Source of the DNA: Leptonemataceae bacterium
GTDB taxonomy: Bacteria > Spirochaetota > Leptospiria > Leptospirales > Leptonemataceae
Direction: 5' to 3'
Assembly (NCBI GenBank): GCA_965227295.1
Contig: OZ245742.1
Location: 4,256,001 to 4,320,000 of the forward strand
DNA length: 64,000 bases
Shown here: positions 39,581-49,146 of the stretch, in pieces
Layout of the letters: every line of letters starts with the position of its first letter
Numbering within the stretch: the first letter of the stretch is position 1
Program-made: the position numbers and the translations under genes
The notes under the pieces: model-generated
What the model was told of the DNA's origin: nothing
The model's input: the letters and a program-made list of their open reading frames with translations, nothing else
Database searches by the model: none

Positions 39581-40096
39581 TTGTCTTACTACGGGAAGAC
39601 GATCTACATCCCCGGCGTTGATCGCGAGGACCAGGTTACCGGAAGGATCGAACGGCATCGGGCGCATCGTGAAGCTCTGCTGCACCGGGCCTTCACCGTC
39701 GCCGTGTACTACGACGATCGCATCGTCTGCCAGCATCGCCGGCATCCCGTCTTCGACGCCGTCCTGGACCTCACCGCTTCTTCGCATCCGTACTATGAAG
39801 GCGAGGAACTCATCGACTGCGCGTCCATGATTCTGCCCACGCTCCGGCGCGAATGGAGTTTCGTCGACGACCTGGTCGGCGCCGCGAGGCTCCTCGGCAA
39901 GGTCCACTACAAAGAACACGACGGCGAGTGGTGGGAACACGAGATCTGCGAGCTGTATGCCGTCGATTCTAAACATTTGCCCGCCGTAAACTACGAGTAC
40001 GCCTACGGCATGTCCCTTCTTTCTCCGGGCGAACTCCGTCGACAAAAACACCTGGCGCCGTGGGTGCGCGCCTTTCTGGAAGAGGGTCTGCTGTAA
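39581..40096 (+). CDS. NUDIX-fold protein, isopentenyl-diphosphate isomerase type 1-like
   Basis: AH..LLHRAF, SSHP, EHE and APW motifs. Confidence 0.7.
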   Translation: MSYYGKTIYIPGVDREDQVTGRIERHRAHREALLHRAFTVAVYYDDRIVCQHRRHPVFDAVLDLTASSHPYYEGEELIDCASMILPTLRREWSFVDDLVGAARLLGKVHYKEHDGEWWEHEICELYAVDSKHLPAVNYEYAYGMSLLSPGELRRQKHLAPWVRAFLEEGLL

Positions 40097-40099
40097 TCC

Positions 40100-41197
40100 A
40101 TGTTTCGCAGCCTGCGCTCCCGCATTCCGGACATCGTCTACGCCGCCTGGCGCGAGTACGGTGATCCGCGTCGAATCACCGGCATCGTCGAGGTCAGCGC
40201 TCAGGTTTCCACGAACCAGGTCTTTCGCATCGAGCTGGAGGATCGCAGCACGCTCATCGCCAAGATTTCTTCGTACGGAAGTTACTATCTGTTTCGCGAG
40301 GATCACGATCGCATCGATCTTTTGCACCGCCTCCTGGCCGGCGGGCCGTACGAAAACTTTCTGGCCGGCTCGTTGCACAAGGACGGCCATCTGTTCATTT
40401 ATCACGACGAGTACGTCTGGGCCATCTTTTATCACGACATACCGAAGAAGCAATTTTTACCGCGCATCTTAACTGAAGAACAGATCCGCGGCCTCGCCCG
40501 GGAAATGGCCGCCTTTCACAACGCCTGCGATTCCGTGGCGGATCAGATGCCGCTCACGTCCAAGTCCATCAAGTCGGACATCATTCACCTGCTCGAACTG
40601 GTACGCGATCGCCACTTTTCGCGCCGGTTCCCGTTCGGTCGCAACCGTCGACGCCTGCTGGAATATCACTGCCACGAGTTTCTGGAAAATCTCACGCGCA
40701 TGCGCTACGGTTACTGGCGCAAGATCCCCGTGCTCATCGACTGGAACCTCGGCAATTTTTCCGTGGAATTTCCGCGCTGGGACGAATTCAACGAAGAAGA
40801 CCGCGACGCGAGCCGTCTGCCCGGCTTTCGTTTTTACAGCCGCTGGGACTACGATTGGTTTCGCATTGAACCGCCGGGCCTGGACTTTTACTTCTGTTCC
40901 CGCGTCGCCAGCAAAGTCGGCGATCGCACGGTCTTCAGTTATCTCGCCGATCCGCTGCTTGAGCCGCGCTTTCGCATCTTTCTGCGCGAGTACCACCGCG
41001 TTCGCGCGCTAACTTTAGATGATTTGCTCTTTCTGAAAGAATCGTACCGTTTTTTCATTCTAAACTACGTGATCCTCGAGGGCGATCACTTCTTTCGCAA
41101 AAGCTACTGCGACCGGTTGCGCAAGGAATCCGTAGACGTGTATTTGCCGGGGCTGGAGGAGCTGGACTTCGGGGATTTGCGTGAGGTGATTGAGTAA
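40100..41197 (+). CDS. APH/kinase-like phosphotransferase
   Basis: STNQVFR..IAK, MAAFH, IDWNLGNF, WDYDW. Confidence 0.7.
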   Translation: MFRSLRSRIPDIVYAAWREYGDPRRITGIVEVSAQVSTNQVFRIELEDRSTLIAKISSYGSYYLFREDHDRIDLLHRLLAGGPYENFLAGSLHKDGHLFIYHDEYVWAIFYHDIPKKQFLPRILTEEQIRGLAREMAAFHNACDSVADQMPLTSKSIKSDIIHLLELVRDRHFSRRFPFGRNRRRLLEYHCHEFLENLTRMRYGYWRKIPVLIDWNLGNFSVEFPRWDEFNEEDRDASRLPGFRFYSRWDYDWFRIEPPGLDFYFCSRVASKVGDRTVFSYLADPLLEPRFRIFLREYHRVRALTLDDLLFLKESYRFFILNYVILEGDHFFRKSYCDRLRKESVDVYLPGLEELDFGDLREVIE

Positions 41198-41231
41198 AAT
41201 CAGGTGAGCAACCTGAAACCAATTGGGCGTC

Positions 41232-41350
41232 TCGGAAGGCGCCAGGCCCAGGCGCCTTCCGACCGCGCTACTCCGGGCTCCGCTATCGCTTCGGTCCTCC
41301 GCTTCGCTCCGGACTCGCGGCTTCGCCGCGACCCTGCGTATCGCTGACGC
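41232..41350. repeat. REP-like palindromic element between convergent genes
   Basis: Hairpin TCGGAAGGCGCC..GGCGCCTTCCGA; 47/49 inverted match to 16672-16720; ACCGCGCT.CT.CGGGCTCCGCT shared with about 7472-7494. Confidence 0.8.
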
Positions 41351-41402
41351 AAAGACCTGACTCCCGTCGCCACCCCCTCGGCACCTCGGTGGTATCCAAT
41401 CC

Positions 41403-42242
41403 TCAAGTCATAATCGAATCAAACATGAACGTCGGGATAATGCCGCTGCTCCGAATCTGCATGCGCGCTTTCTCTTTCAGCGTGTTCCCGGAGAGCACCA
41501 GCGCCGTATCGATGCCGAACTGATTCGCCCCCAGAATGTCCGTGTGCAACGTATCGCCCACCATGAGTATCTCGGACTTCTTAACATCCGGCAAAAGTTC
41601 CTTAGCGCGAGCAAAAGCGTACGAGAAAATCTGCGTATCCGGTTTGCCGAAGCGCACGAACGTACGACCCAGAATGCTTTCGATCATGGTGGCGAGACTG
41701 CCCACGGCCACCGCGATCCGCCGGGAGTTCACCGGATACGAGGCGTCCGTGTTGGCGACGATTACGGGCACGTTCACCTCACGCAAAATATTCAAGGTTT
41801 CGTTCAAATGCAAAAACCAATCAAAACCCTCGTCGTCCATGAAAGCGACGGCACCCAGACCGTGCGCGTCACTGACTTCGGCGATGGGCACCGCGGTGCA
41901 ACCGGCGGATTCAATGTAGTACGCCGACGGCGGCTGACCGAGATAGGCCACCACGCGCCGGTCCCGGGGAACCTTGGCCGCGAGAAACTGCGCGGCGAGC
42001 ATGCCCGACGAAACGATCTGCTCACGCGGTACCAGTTCGTTGTACGATTTCACCATGACGTCCGGCGACTTCGAGGCGTCGTTGGTGATGACGTAACTGC
42101 GCACGCCGTCGGCCGTGAGACCGGCGAGGACTTCCGGCACGCCGTCGATGATGCCCCGGGAGTTACGCAAAACGCCGTAGGCGTCGAAGAAAATCACCCG
42201 GTAATGGCGGGCCGCGGCGGCGAAGGATACATCCGTTTTCAT
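41403..42242 (-). CDS. HAD-IIA family hydrolase
   Basis: FDAYGVL, ITND, GKP, MVGDTLHTDI. Confidence 0.92.
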   Translation of the reverse strand: MKTDVSFAAAARHYRVIFFDAYGVLRNSRGIIDGVPEVLAGLTADGVRSYVITNDASKSPDVMVKSYNELVPREQIVSSGMLAAQFLAAKVPRDRRVVAYLGQPPSAYYIESAGCTAVPIAEVSDAHGLGAVAFMDDEGFDWFLHLNETLNILREVNVPVIVANTDASYPVNSRRIAVAVGSLATMIESILGRTFVRFGKPDTQIFSYAFARAKELLPDVKKSEILMVGDTLHTDILGANQFGIDTALVLSGNTLKEKARMQIRSSGIIPTFMFDSIMT

Positions 42243-42268
42243 AGCTTATGTAGTACGATTCTCCAGGC

Positions 42269-42532
42269 TTAACTCAGCCGATCGATGACGGCCGCAACGA
42301 TGGGTGCCAGGGCTCCGATGAAAAAAGCCAGGCGCGGCCGCGGTACGCCCCGGACCAAAAACTGCGCGGCGAGAGCATAGCCCAGGCCGGCGACGAAACC
42401 CAGGATCGCTCCTGTAACCGCGCCGAGAATCAGCGCGGGCATCATGCCGCCCGGGCCCCCGCCGGTGGCCAGCGCCGCCGGTCCGCCGGCGATCAGTCCG
42501 CCCAGAAATCCCATCCCGATGCATTTCAACAT
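42269..42532 (-). CDS. Small Gly-rich membrane protein
   Basis: Three hydrophobic segments. Confidence 0.55.
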   Translation of the reverse strand: MLKCIGMGFLGGLIAGGPAALATGGGPGGMMPALILGAVTGAILGFVAGLGYALAAQFLVRGVPRPRLAFFIGALAPIVAAVIDRLS

Positions 42533-42577
42533 GTGTTACTACCTATCCGCTTTCCCTGCGCCGCCACAATTTCGGGC

Positions 42578-42607
42578 TTGAGTCTCCCCCGGGGGAGACT
42601 TCAAGAT
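42578..42607 (+). promoter_or_regulatory. MerR/BmrR-type promoter with operator dyad
   Basis: TTGAGT overlapping perfect palindrome AGTCTCCCCCGGGGGAGACT (42581-42600), then CAAGAT. Confidence 0.75.
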
Positions 42608-42613
42608 TGCAAA

Positions 42614-43036
42614 ATGCAAAGCTCATCCATCTTCCAACCGATCACAAGAATAATTTTGTACGGCTTCCTGGTCTGGCTCGTCCCCTTCCTGGCGGCCATG
42701 GCCTTTTTCACTCCCGAGGGCGAACTGAGCATCGACATCTTCTTGTTCAAGACGATCATGCTCCTCATCTCGACGCCGCTCGGTCTCTTCCTCATGGCCG
42801 TGCATCTGCGGCGTTGTCCGGATCGTTATCTACAGCGCGGCCTCTTCGCAGGGATCGTGTGGATCCTGATCAACTGGGGCCTGGACTTCGCGATTCTGCT
42901 GCAATTGAGCGGGCAAAGCCCCGGCGAGTACTTCGTGCAAATCGGCCTGCGCTACTTCGCAATGATCTTTAGCGGCCTCTTCATGGGCTACGCGATAGAC
43001 GGCGTACTCACCGCGAAATCCACGCCGGAGCGCTGA
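42614..43036 (+). CDS. Four-TM membrane protein
   Basis: Hydrophobic; start MQSS inferred from promoter position. Confidence 0.75.
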   Translation: MQSSSIFQPITRIILYGFLVWLVPFLAAMAFFTPEGELSIDIFLFKTIMLLISTPLGLFLMAVHLRRCPDRYLQRGLFAGIVWILINWGLDFAILLQLSGQSPGEYFVQIGLRYFAMIFSGLFMGYAIDGVLTAKSTPER

Positions 43037-43038
43037 GC

Positions 43039-43839
43039 ATGTACAGCATCGGGCAGTTCTCGTTGATCACCCGCATCCCGGTGCGCACGCTGCGGCGTTA
43101 TCACGAGAACGCCGTCTTGATTCCGGATCACGTCGACGAAGACAGCGGCTATCGTTACTATCGCGAAGCCGCCGTCGAACGCGCGCGCTTGATCAGCGCG
43201 CTGCGGGATCTGGACTTTCCGTTAAAAGATATTCAGAATATCTTAGCAAGTTGCGCCGAGGATGAGGACATCCTGGATCACTTGCTGAAGCGCCGGGACG
43301 AACTTGAGTCAGAGCTGCGTGACATGCAACGCCGGCGGGGCGGCCTCGCAAACGCCATCGAGCACATTCGCCGATTGCAGAAGCTTCCCTCCGCGGACGC
43401 CGTGGAGCTGAAAGATGTGCCGGCCCTGTACTTCGCCGGCCTGCGCAGCACCGGTCGCTGGGACGAGATCGGCGCAAACTTCAACACCGTGGGACGCAAG
43501 GCCGGACGCTGGATCGGCGGACCGGCCATGTCGTTGTGCTATGACGGCGAGTACAAAGACGACGCCGACTACGAGGCCGGCTTTCCCCTGCGACGACCGA
43601 AGGAGATCAGCGGCCTGGACTGCCGCGAGCTTCCCGCGGTCCGTTGTGTTACGTTAATTCACCGCGGCCCGTACACCGAACTCGGGCGAAGTTACGAACG
43701 GCTGCTGGAGTTCATCAACGCGCGTAAGTTAAGCTGGGGACCACCTACGCGGGAGGTCTACTTAAAAGGCCCCGGCATGTTCTTTCGCGGCAACCCGAAG
43801 AAGTACGCAACGGAAATTCAGATACCGGTGCGGGAGTAG
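43039..43839 (+). CDS. MerR family regulator with GyrI-like domain
   Basis: YSIGQFS..TLRRY..GYRYY; HRGPY..REVYL. Confidence 0.93.
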   Translation: MYSIGQFSLITRIPVRTLRRYHENAVLIPDHVDEDSGYRYYREAAVERARLISALRDLDFPLKDIQNILASCAEDEDILDHLLKRRDELESELRDMQRRRGGLANAIEHIRRLQKLPSADAVELKDVPALYFAGLRSTGRWDEIGANFNTVGRKAGRWIGGPAMSLCYDGEYKDDADYEAGFPLRRPKEISGLDCRELPAVRCVTLIHRGPYTELGRSYERLLEFINARKLSWGPPTREVYLKGPGMFFRGNPKKYATEIQIPVRE

Positions 43840-43843
43840 CCCT

Positions 43844-45736
43844 CTACTTACGTGCCGGTACGAACTCGTCTTTCAACAACGTATCCCGCGTAAACTGAAA
43901 GTAAGCGTAGAGCAAACGCCGGCGCTCGTCGAAGTTCACCCCGCCGCGGCACTCGAAGGCCGCGGCGGCATCCGCCGGATGAAAGACCGGCTGAAACGAG
44001 GCCGACTGCACGTTCCCGTGATACGCGCCGCAGCGGTCGATCCAGGAAATGCTGCGTCCGGCCGAGGCGAAGGCGAAACCCTCGTCCGGCGACTTGCGAA
44101 AGAAATCCGCGCCCACCGTACGCAGCGGCGGTTCCTGAAAATCAAACAGAGCCTGGATCGAAGGTAAAACATCCGGCTGGCCCGCCACCACCGAACGCTC
44201 ACCGTTTACTCCGCCCGGAGCGATCCAGAAAAACGGGACGTGAAACCGTTCCACCGGCGAAAGCCCCATCTGATGCGTATGATCCGCCGTCACGATAAAC
44301 AACGTCCGCCGCCCCGCCTCCGTGCGCCGCGCCCGCTCAATCATCTCCACCACGTGACGCCCCGTGAATCGCAACGTGCGCAGATAGTCCGCGCCGGTAT
44401 TCCCGCTAACTCCAGAAGACTGTTCATTAGCATCCTCCGGCAAACTGAACGGGGCGTGGGTACTGATCAACATGGTCACGATGAATTTCTTTGCGTCGTC
44501 CCGACTCAGCAATCGCAACGTTTCCGCGAGGGTAACGTCATCGTGCAACGCCTCGCCGAAACCCGTGGCCGGCGCCCGCGGATGGCGCTTCCGCATTTCA
44601 CGCCGACCCAGAATGTTCTCGGCCGGAACGCCCAGGCGCCGCATGAACCGATCGTAACCTTCGAACGAGGGATCGCCGCCGTAGATGAAGTACGGCGCAA
44701 AGCCGCGTTCCCCGAGGAACTCCGGCAGTGACGCAAAGTCGTGGTACATCGTGTAGGTCTTAACGGCGCTGTAGTTTACAAGATCGGGCCAGCCGGTCAG
44801 CAAAGCAAACAGACCGTTTCGTGTACGCAGACCGCTCGCATAGAAGTTCGAAAACGAAACGCCCTGCTCCCGCAAGACCAACAGTTCCGGAGCACGCTCC
44901 GCGCTCACGTCGCCGGCCCAGACGCCTTCGAGCAAGATCACGACGATGTTCTGAAGTTCGTCGCCGTGATTCAGACCGCGCTCCGCAATCGCGGCGTCAT
45001 CCGCTAACGTAATCGCCGCGAGCGTTCGCTCCCGCGCCTCCGTGTCGTCGGCATAACGCGGCAAAAACCAGAGCAACGCCCGCTCCACGACCAGGTTCAC
45101 CGCCAGGTTCTGCTCCACCTCCTGGTAGATCACCGCCGGACTGAAACGTTCCATGCGCGCGTAGTACGCGAGCGGAGAGAGTGCGAAGGCAACGGCCACC
45201 GCGATGACCAGGGCCGAAAGTTCCCGCCGCCCCTGCCCGAAAATCTGGCGCAGACGCACGGCGAGCAACACGCCGGCAATCACCACAACGCCGAAGAACA
45301 CGGCCAGCACCGGGGCCGCGGCGAACCCCGTGCGCAACACCGGAATCATGTCTGCGCCGAAAAAAGCGAAGACCTCGCCGCCCAGACGCCGCGCGCTAAA
45401 CCGAAAAAACACGGCGTCCGTGCAGTAAAACGCAAGATACCACACGCTAACAATCAAGGCATAGAACTTAAGCAGCAGCGCGGCAAACGACCACCGGCGC
45501 AGCTCCGCGACCGCGGCCAGGAGTACCGCCGGCAATGCAAGCACCACCGCCGCCGTGAGATCCTGAGCAAGGCCCGTGAGCAGGGTGAGCCCCGCCGCAA
45601 ACACGGAAAAGTCCGCGGCGGGAACGAACACGGCCAACATGTACAGACGAAAGATCGACGGCAAAAGCCCGAGCCAGAGCAGCAGTGCCGTGGCCGGGCG
45701 CACCGCCGGCATCGAAAACGAAAAGCGCGCGCTCAC
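43844..45736 (-). CDS. LTA synthase family / membrane sulfatase-like protein
   Basis: N-terminal TMs, NIVVILLE, STHAPF, TADH. Confidence 0.85.
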   Translation of the reverse strand: MSARFSFSMPAVRPATALLLWLGLLPSIFRLYMLAVFVPAADFSVFAAGLTLLTGLAQDLTAAVVLALPAVLLAAVAELRRWSFAALLLKFYALIVSVWYLAFYCTDAVFFRFSARRLGGEVFAFFGADMIPVLRTGFAAAPVLAVFFGVVVIAGVLLAVRLRQIFGQGRRELSALVIAVAVAFALSPLAYYARMERFSPAVIYQEVEQNLAVNLVVERALLWFLPRYADDTEARERTLAAITLADDAAIAERGLNHGDELQNIVVILLEGVWAGDVSAERAPELLVLREQGVSFSNFYASGLRTRNGLFALLTGWPDLVNYSAVKTYTMYHDFASLPEFLGERGFAPYFIYGGDPSFEGYDRFMRRLGVPAENILGRREMRKRHPRAPATGFGEALHDDVTLAETLRLLSRDDAKKFIVTMLISTHAPFSLPEDANEQSSGVSGNTGADYLRTLRFTGRHVVEMIERARRTEAGRRTLFIVTADHTHQMGLSPVERFHVPFFWIAPGGVNGERSVVAGQPDVLPSIQALFDFQEPPLRTVGADFFRKSPDEGFAFASAGRSISWIDRCGAYHGNVQSASFQPVFHPADAAAAFECRGGVNFDERRRLLYAYFQFTRDTLLKDEFVPARK

Positions 45737-45739
45737 GAG

Positions 45740-46945
45740 TTACGGCGCGGGGGGCGGCGGCATCTTGACCCCGCTCTCAATCTCACGCTCCAGGAACTCG
45801 ATCTTCTTGCGCTTCTGCGCCGAGTCGTACTCCGCGTCGGAGAAGACCGTCGGGTCCGAATAGTTGCCGGTAGTCTGATAGCTGCCTTCGTACGACGGGA
45901 TCAACTGCCGGTCCGGGGACTGCCCCTCCAGCAAACGATAACCGCGCACGTTCTTCACGTAGAACGGCGGCGTGGGGTCCTGGTCGACGATGACCTTGCC
46001 GAAAAATTCCAGGTTCACCACCTGCTCCCCGCCCTCCAGGTCTCCTTTGAACCGCGTGTACGCCACCGGCTGGTCTTCGCTATCGAAGAGGTTCGCGTCG
46101 ATGATGTAATAGCCGGCCTTCTCGACTTTGATGCCGGCGCTTACGAGCAACGAACCTTCGCTCAAACGATCCGAAAAACGTCCGGTGAAACGCGCGGGAA
46201 TGGCCGACTCCGGAAAATACTCGAAGGGCACCAGGGCCTCGGTGGTCTCGTCGCCGATTTCGAATTTAACGTAGAGTTGCAGGCGACCCATGTAGTTGAT
46301 GAGCGGCGTGGACGACGGCTGGAACCGTAACGTGTAGATGAGATCCCCGGCTTTGCGATCGCCCTCGGAGCCCTCGTCATTGAAGCGCACGTCCATGAAC
46401 TTTTTGTAGTCGAGATGCGAACGCCCCTTGTTCACACTGGCGGACAACACCCGCATGGGAACCGGCGCGGCCTTCTTGGTGGGCAGCGGCGCGGCCTGCA
46501 GCGTAAAGGTAACCGCGCCGTCTCCTACGACGTAGTAACGATCGCCGGTGAGCAGATAATAGAACTCGGCCTTCGGCGGATTCTTCGGCGGATTGTTTTG
46601 ATCGAAGCCCTCCGGCGGCCCGCCGATGGGCAGAAAGTTTTCGTAACGGCGGTTCGGTTCCATGAGGCCGATCATTTCTTTTTTCAAGGGCCGCGACGTC
46701 GGCGGATAGATGGCATACTGTTTGTATTGCGTGAGAATGGCCTTCGGGTCCATCCGATCACCGGTAAAAAACGGTTCGGCGAAGTAGTTGTCCTCGCGGC
46801 CGGGTCCGTCGCCGCCGCCGGGACCTCCGCCCGGGCCTCCACTGTAATCGGGACCGGACGTCTCGCTCTGAACGATCAAAACAATAAGTACAGTAAAGAC
46901 CAGCACGGCCGTGATCGCGATGATGATGTAATGACGGGTTTTCAT
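45740..46945 (-). CDS. Membrane-anchored protein with choice-of-anchor X-like motif
   Basis: N-terminal TM; FNDEGSEGDRKAGDLIYT motif; start MKTRHY. Confidence 0.7.
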   Translation of the reverse strand: MKTRHYIIIAITAVLVFTVLIVLIVQSETSGPDYSGGPGGGPGGGDGPGREDNYFAEPFFTGDRMDPKAILTQYKQYAIYPPTSRPLKKEMIGLMEPNRRYENFLPIGGPPEGFDQNNPPKNPPKAEFYYLLTGDRYYVVGDGAVTFTLQAAPLPTKKAAPVPMRVLSASVNKGRSHLDYKKFMDVRFNDEGSEGDRKAGDLIYTLRFQPSSTPLINYMGRLQLYVKFEIGDETTEALVPFEYFPESAIPARFTGRFSDRLSEGSLLVSAGIKVEKAGYYIIDANLFDSEDQPVAYTRFKGDLEGGEQVVNLEFFGKVIVDQDPTPPFYVKNVRGYRLLEGQSPDRQLIPSYEGSYQTTGNYSDPTVFSDAEYDSAQKRKKIEFLEREIESGVKMPPPPAP

Positions 46946-47001
46946 AAACAGGCAAATCCAATACGGTAACGCAAAGCGTTGCAAGCGAAAAGTGCACGCA
47001 T

Positions 47002-47031
47002 AAAAAAGGCGCGCCCGAGAGCGCGCCCTTT
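47002..47031 (-). terminator. Probable intrinsic terminator
   Basis: GGCGCGC/GCGCGCC stem with A6 tract (U-tract on the minus strand). Confidence 0.55.
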
Positions 47032-47094
47032 CTGAAAGGCAAAGGACGGTAAAAAACGAAACGGCGCCGCCGGAGTCCGACGGCGCGCGATGTT

Positions 47095-47808
47095 TTACCA
47101 GCCCATGTTGTTGATGAATTTCATCTTCATGCCGTAGTGATCCAGGTCGTAACCATCGCAGGTCCAGGCCACCTGGTGACCGGAGTACCACGAGCAGGAG
47201 CACATGTTATTGTAGGAACCGGAGCTGGTGCAGCCCGAGGACGAGTGATAGCTCACCGCGCCGTCGTCTTCCCCCGGCAGATACCACGAGGAGTACCACC
47301 AGCCGTCGTAACCGGCGATGTGGTAGATGGTCTCACCGTTCGTGTCGTGGTGGTTGAACATGTTGCGGATGGTGGAGACCCACAGGTCGCCGGTGTAATC
47401 GCAGGTGAACAGTTCCGAAAGCCAGCCCAGGGCCAGTTCCGAACCGCCGCCCGCTCCGGCCGAGGTGCCGACCCATGCGATGTTCCAGTTCGTGTTGTAG
47501 GTGGACAGCACGTAACGTACGTTCGCGTCGCCGCCCGAGTAGTTGATCACGTAGCACCAGTTGCTGCCCGTGCAGTACTGGTCGAAACGTGCTTTGATTT
47601 GCGAGCCCGCGTTGGGCACGCTTACGGTGGTGTTGATGTTTGCGTCGATCGAGACCTTTCCGGAAGAGTTGGAAAGACGGGCGCCGGACTCGGCCCATTT
47701 CGTCGAGCACATCCCCCCGATGTGCAAAATGTAGGTGGCTGCATCCAGCGGGGATACGGCAAAGCCGACCCCGACCGCAAGAATGCCGGCCAGAATTCGA
47801 TTTTTCAT
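47095..47808 (-). CDS. Secreted Cys-rich alpha/beta hydrolase (lipase-like)
   Basis: Signal peptide; NYSGG nucleophile elbow, DDGAV, C-terminal DH. Confidence 0.7.
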   Translation of the reverse strand: MKNRILAGILAVGVGFAVSPLDAATYILHIGGMCSTKWAESGARLSNSSGKVSIDANINTTVSVPNAGSQIKARFDQYCTGSNWCYVINYSGGDANVRYVLSTYNTNWNIAWVGTSAGAGGGSELALGWLSELFTCDYTGDLWVSTIRNMFNHHDTNGETIYHIAGYDGWWYSSWYLPGEDDGAVSYHSSSGCTSSGSYNNMCSCSWYSGHQVAWTCDGYDLDHYGMKMKFINNMGW

Positions 47809-47986
47809 GAACGCTCTCCTGATGAACAAACAAACACCGGCGAATATATGTGTACCGGTGCCTGCGGACACTGACACCGTGTCGGCGGAGATTGCAAGCA
47901 TAATTTGGGCCCCGCATCAAAGCTCTGCACCAGAAGATCACGGGAAACGCTTGCAATGAACCCGGCCCCTGACGGTATATAATCAC

Positions 47987-48520
47987 ATGGGCCACACCCC
48001 CGGGAAAGGGGCAGCGCCGGTGACGATTGCCATGGCGGTCCTCCTCCTGACGGCTCAGTGTTCCGGCGGACGCTATGTAAATTCGCAGACCTGGTACGCG
48101 GGCATCTACGCGCCGACGGATCAAGCGGACTTTGAGGAACGGTATCGATGCGAAGCACCGCGACAGCATACCGTGTACTATTTCTTCTTCGGCACCACCA
48201 TGCTCCGACGGGAAGATCCGAAAACGCTCTTCCCGGAGCCGGATCGCTATGTCTACGCCTTCGAACAAAAGAAAACGACCATGGACTGGATCATATCCAT
48301 TCTCTTCGGTACGATGTTCAGCGTAACACGCAATACCCTGGAAATCCGGCAGTGCGTCGGCACCCGCGAGGCCGACCGCATCGATGCCCGCAAGCGCGTC
48401 GAGGAAGCGCAACGCCGGGCCCGGGAACGCGCCGAGGCCGCCCGCGAGGCGGCAGAACGCGCCGCGGAGAGGGCCCGGCGCAATCAGGATCAGGGCGGAT
48501 CACAGGAGCAAGGTCGTTGA
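47987..48520 (+). CDS. Bor/Iss-like lipoprotein with coiled-coil tail
   Basis: LLLTAQC lipobox-like; YFFFG..Q.KT..D.IISIL..C pattern; start uncertain. Confidence 0.55.
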   Translation: MGHTPGKGAAPVTIAMAVLLLTAQCSGGRYVNSQTWYAGIYAPTDQADFEERYRCEAPRQHTVYYFFFGTTMLRREDPKTLFPEPDRYVYAFEQKKTTMDWIISILFGTMFSVTRNTLEIRQCVGTREADRIDARKRVEEAQRRARERAEAAREAAERAAERARRNQDQGGSQEQGR

Positions 48521-49146
48521 ACCGGCGCTGGATCCTGCCCATCCTGCTCTATTTCGCCGCAACAACGTTGCCGGCGCAGAGCGAGTTGCGCCCGGTCTGC
48601 CTGCACGGCGATTGCCGGGACGGCCAGGGGCGGCTTCAGATCCAGAGTTCGTCCGGCCAGGTACGCTACGACTACTCCGGTGAATTTCGAGACGGGGCGC
48701 CGAACGGGCCGGGCCGGCTCAGCCTCGTCACAGGGTTGCGCTACTCCGGCGACTTTCAGGACGGGCGCTTTCACGGCCGCGGCATCCTCGAGTACCCGGA
48801 CGGCAGTCGGTACGAGGGCGAGTTCCAGGCCGGGCGCATGCACGGTGCCGGACTGTTCGCGTTCGCCGGCGGCGCCGAGTACGTCGGCCAGTTTCAGAAC
48901 GATCGCTTTCACGGAGCCGGGGCCTACACCTTTGCCGACGGGGCTCGCTACACCGGCGAGTTCCAGAACGGTCGCTTCCACGGCTACGGTCGTTTCGAGG
49001 GCAGCGACGGTTCCCTCTATGAAGGTCGTTATCGCGACGGCAAAAAAGACGGCCCGGGCACCCTCGTCCTCCCGGACGGCGTGCGGCGTCAGGGCATATT
49101 CGCCGGCAATCGATTGGTCCGCCTTACCTCGGAGGACGACGCTTGA
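48517..49146 (+). CDS. MORN-repeat protein
   Basis: Repeats YSGDFQDGRFHGRG; TTG start overlapping the previous stop. Confidence 0.88.
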   Translation: MNRRWILPILLYFAATTLPAQSELRPVCLHGDCRDGQGRLQIQSSSGQVRYDYSGEFRDGAPNGPGRLSLVTGLRYSGDFQDGRFHGRGILEYPDGSRYEGEFQAGRMHGAGLFAFAGGAEYVGQFQNDRFHGAGAYTFADGARYTGEFQNGRFHGYGRFEGSDGSLYEGRYRDGKKDGPGTLVLPDGVRRQGIFAGNRLVRLTSEDDA

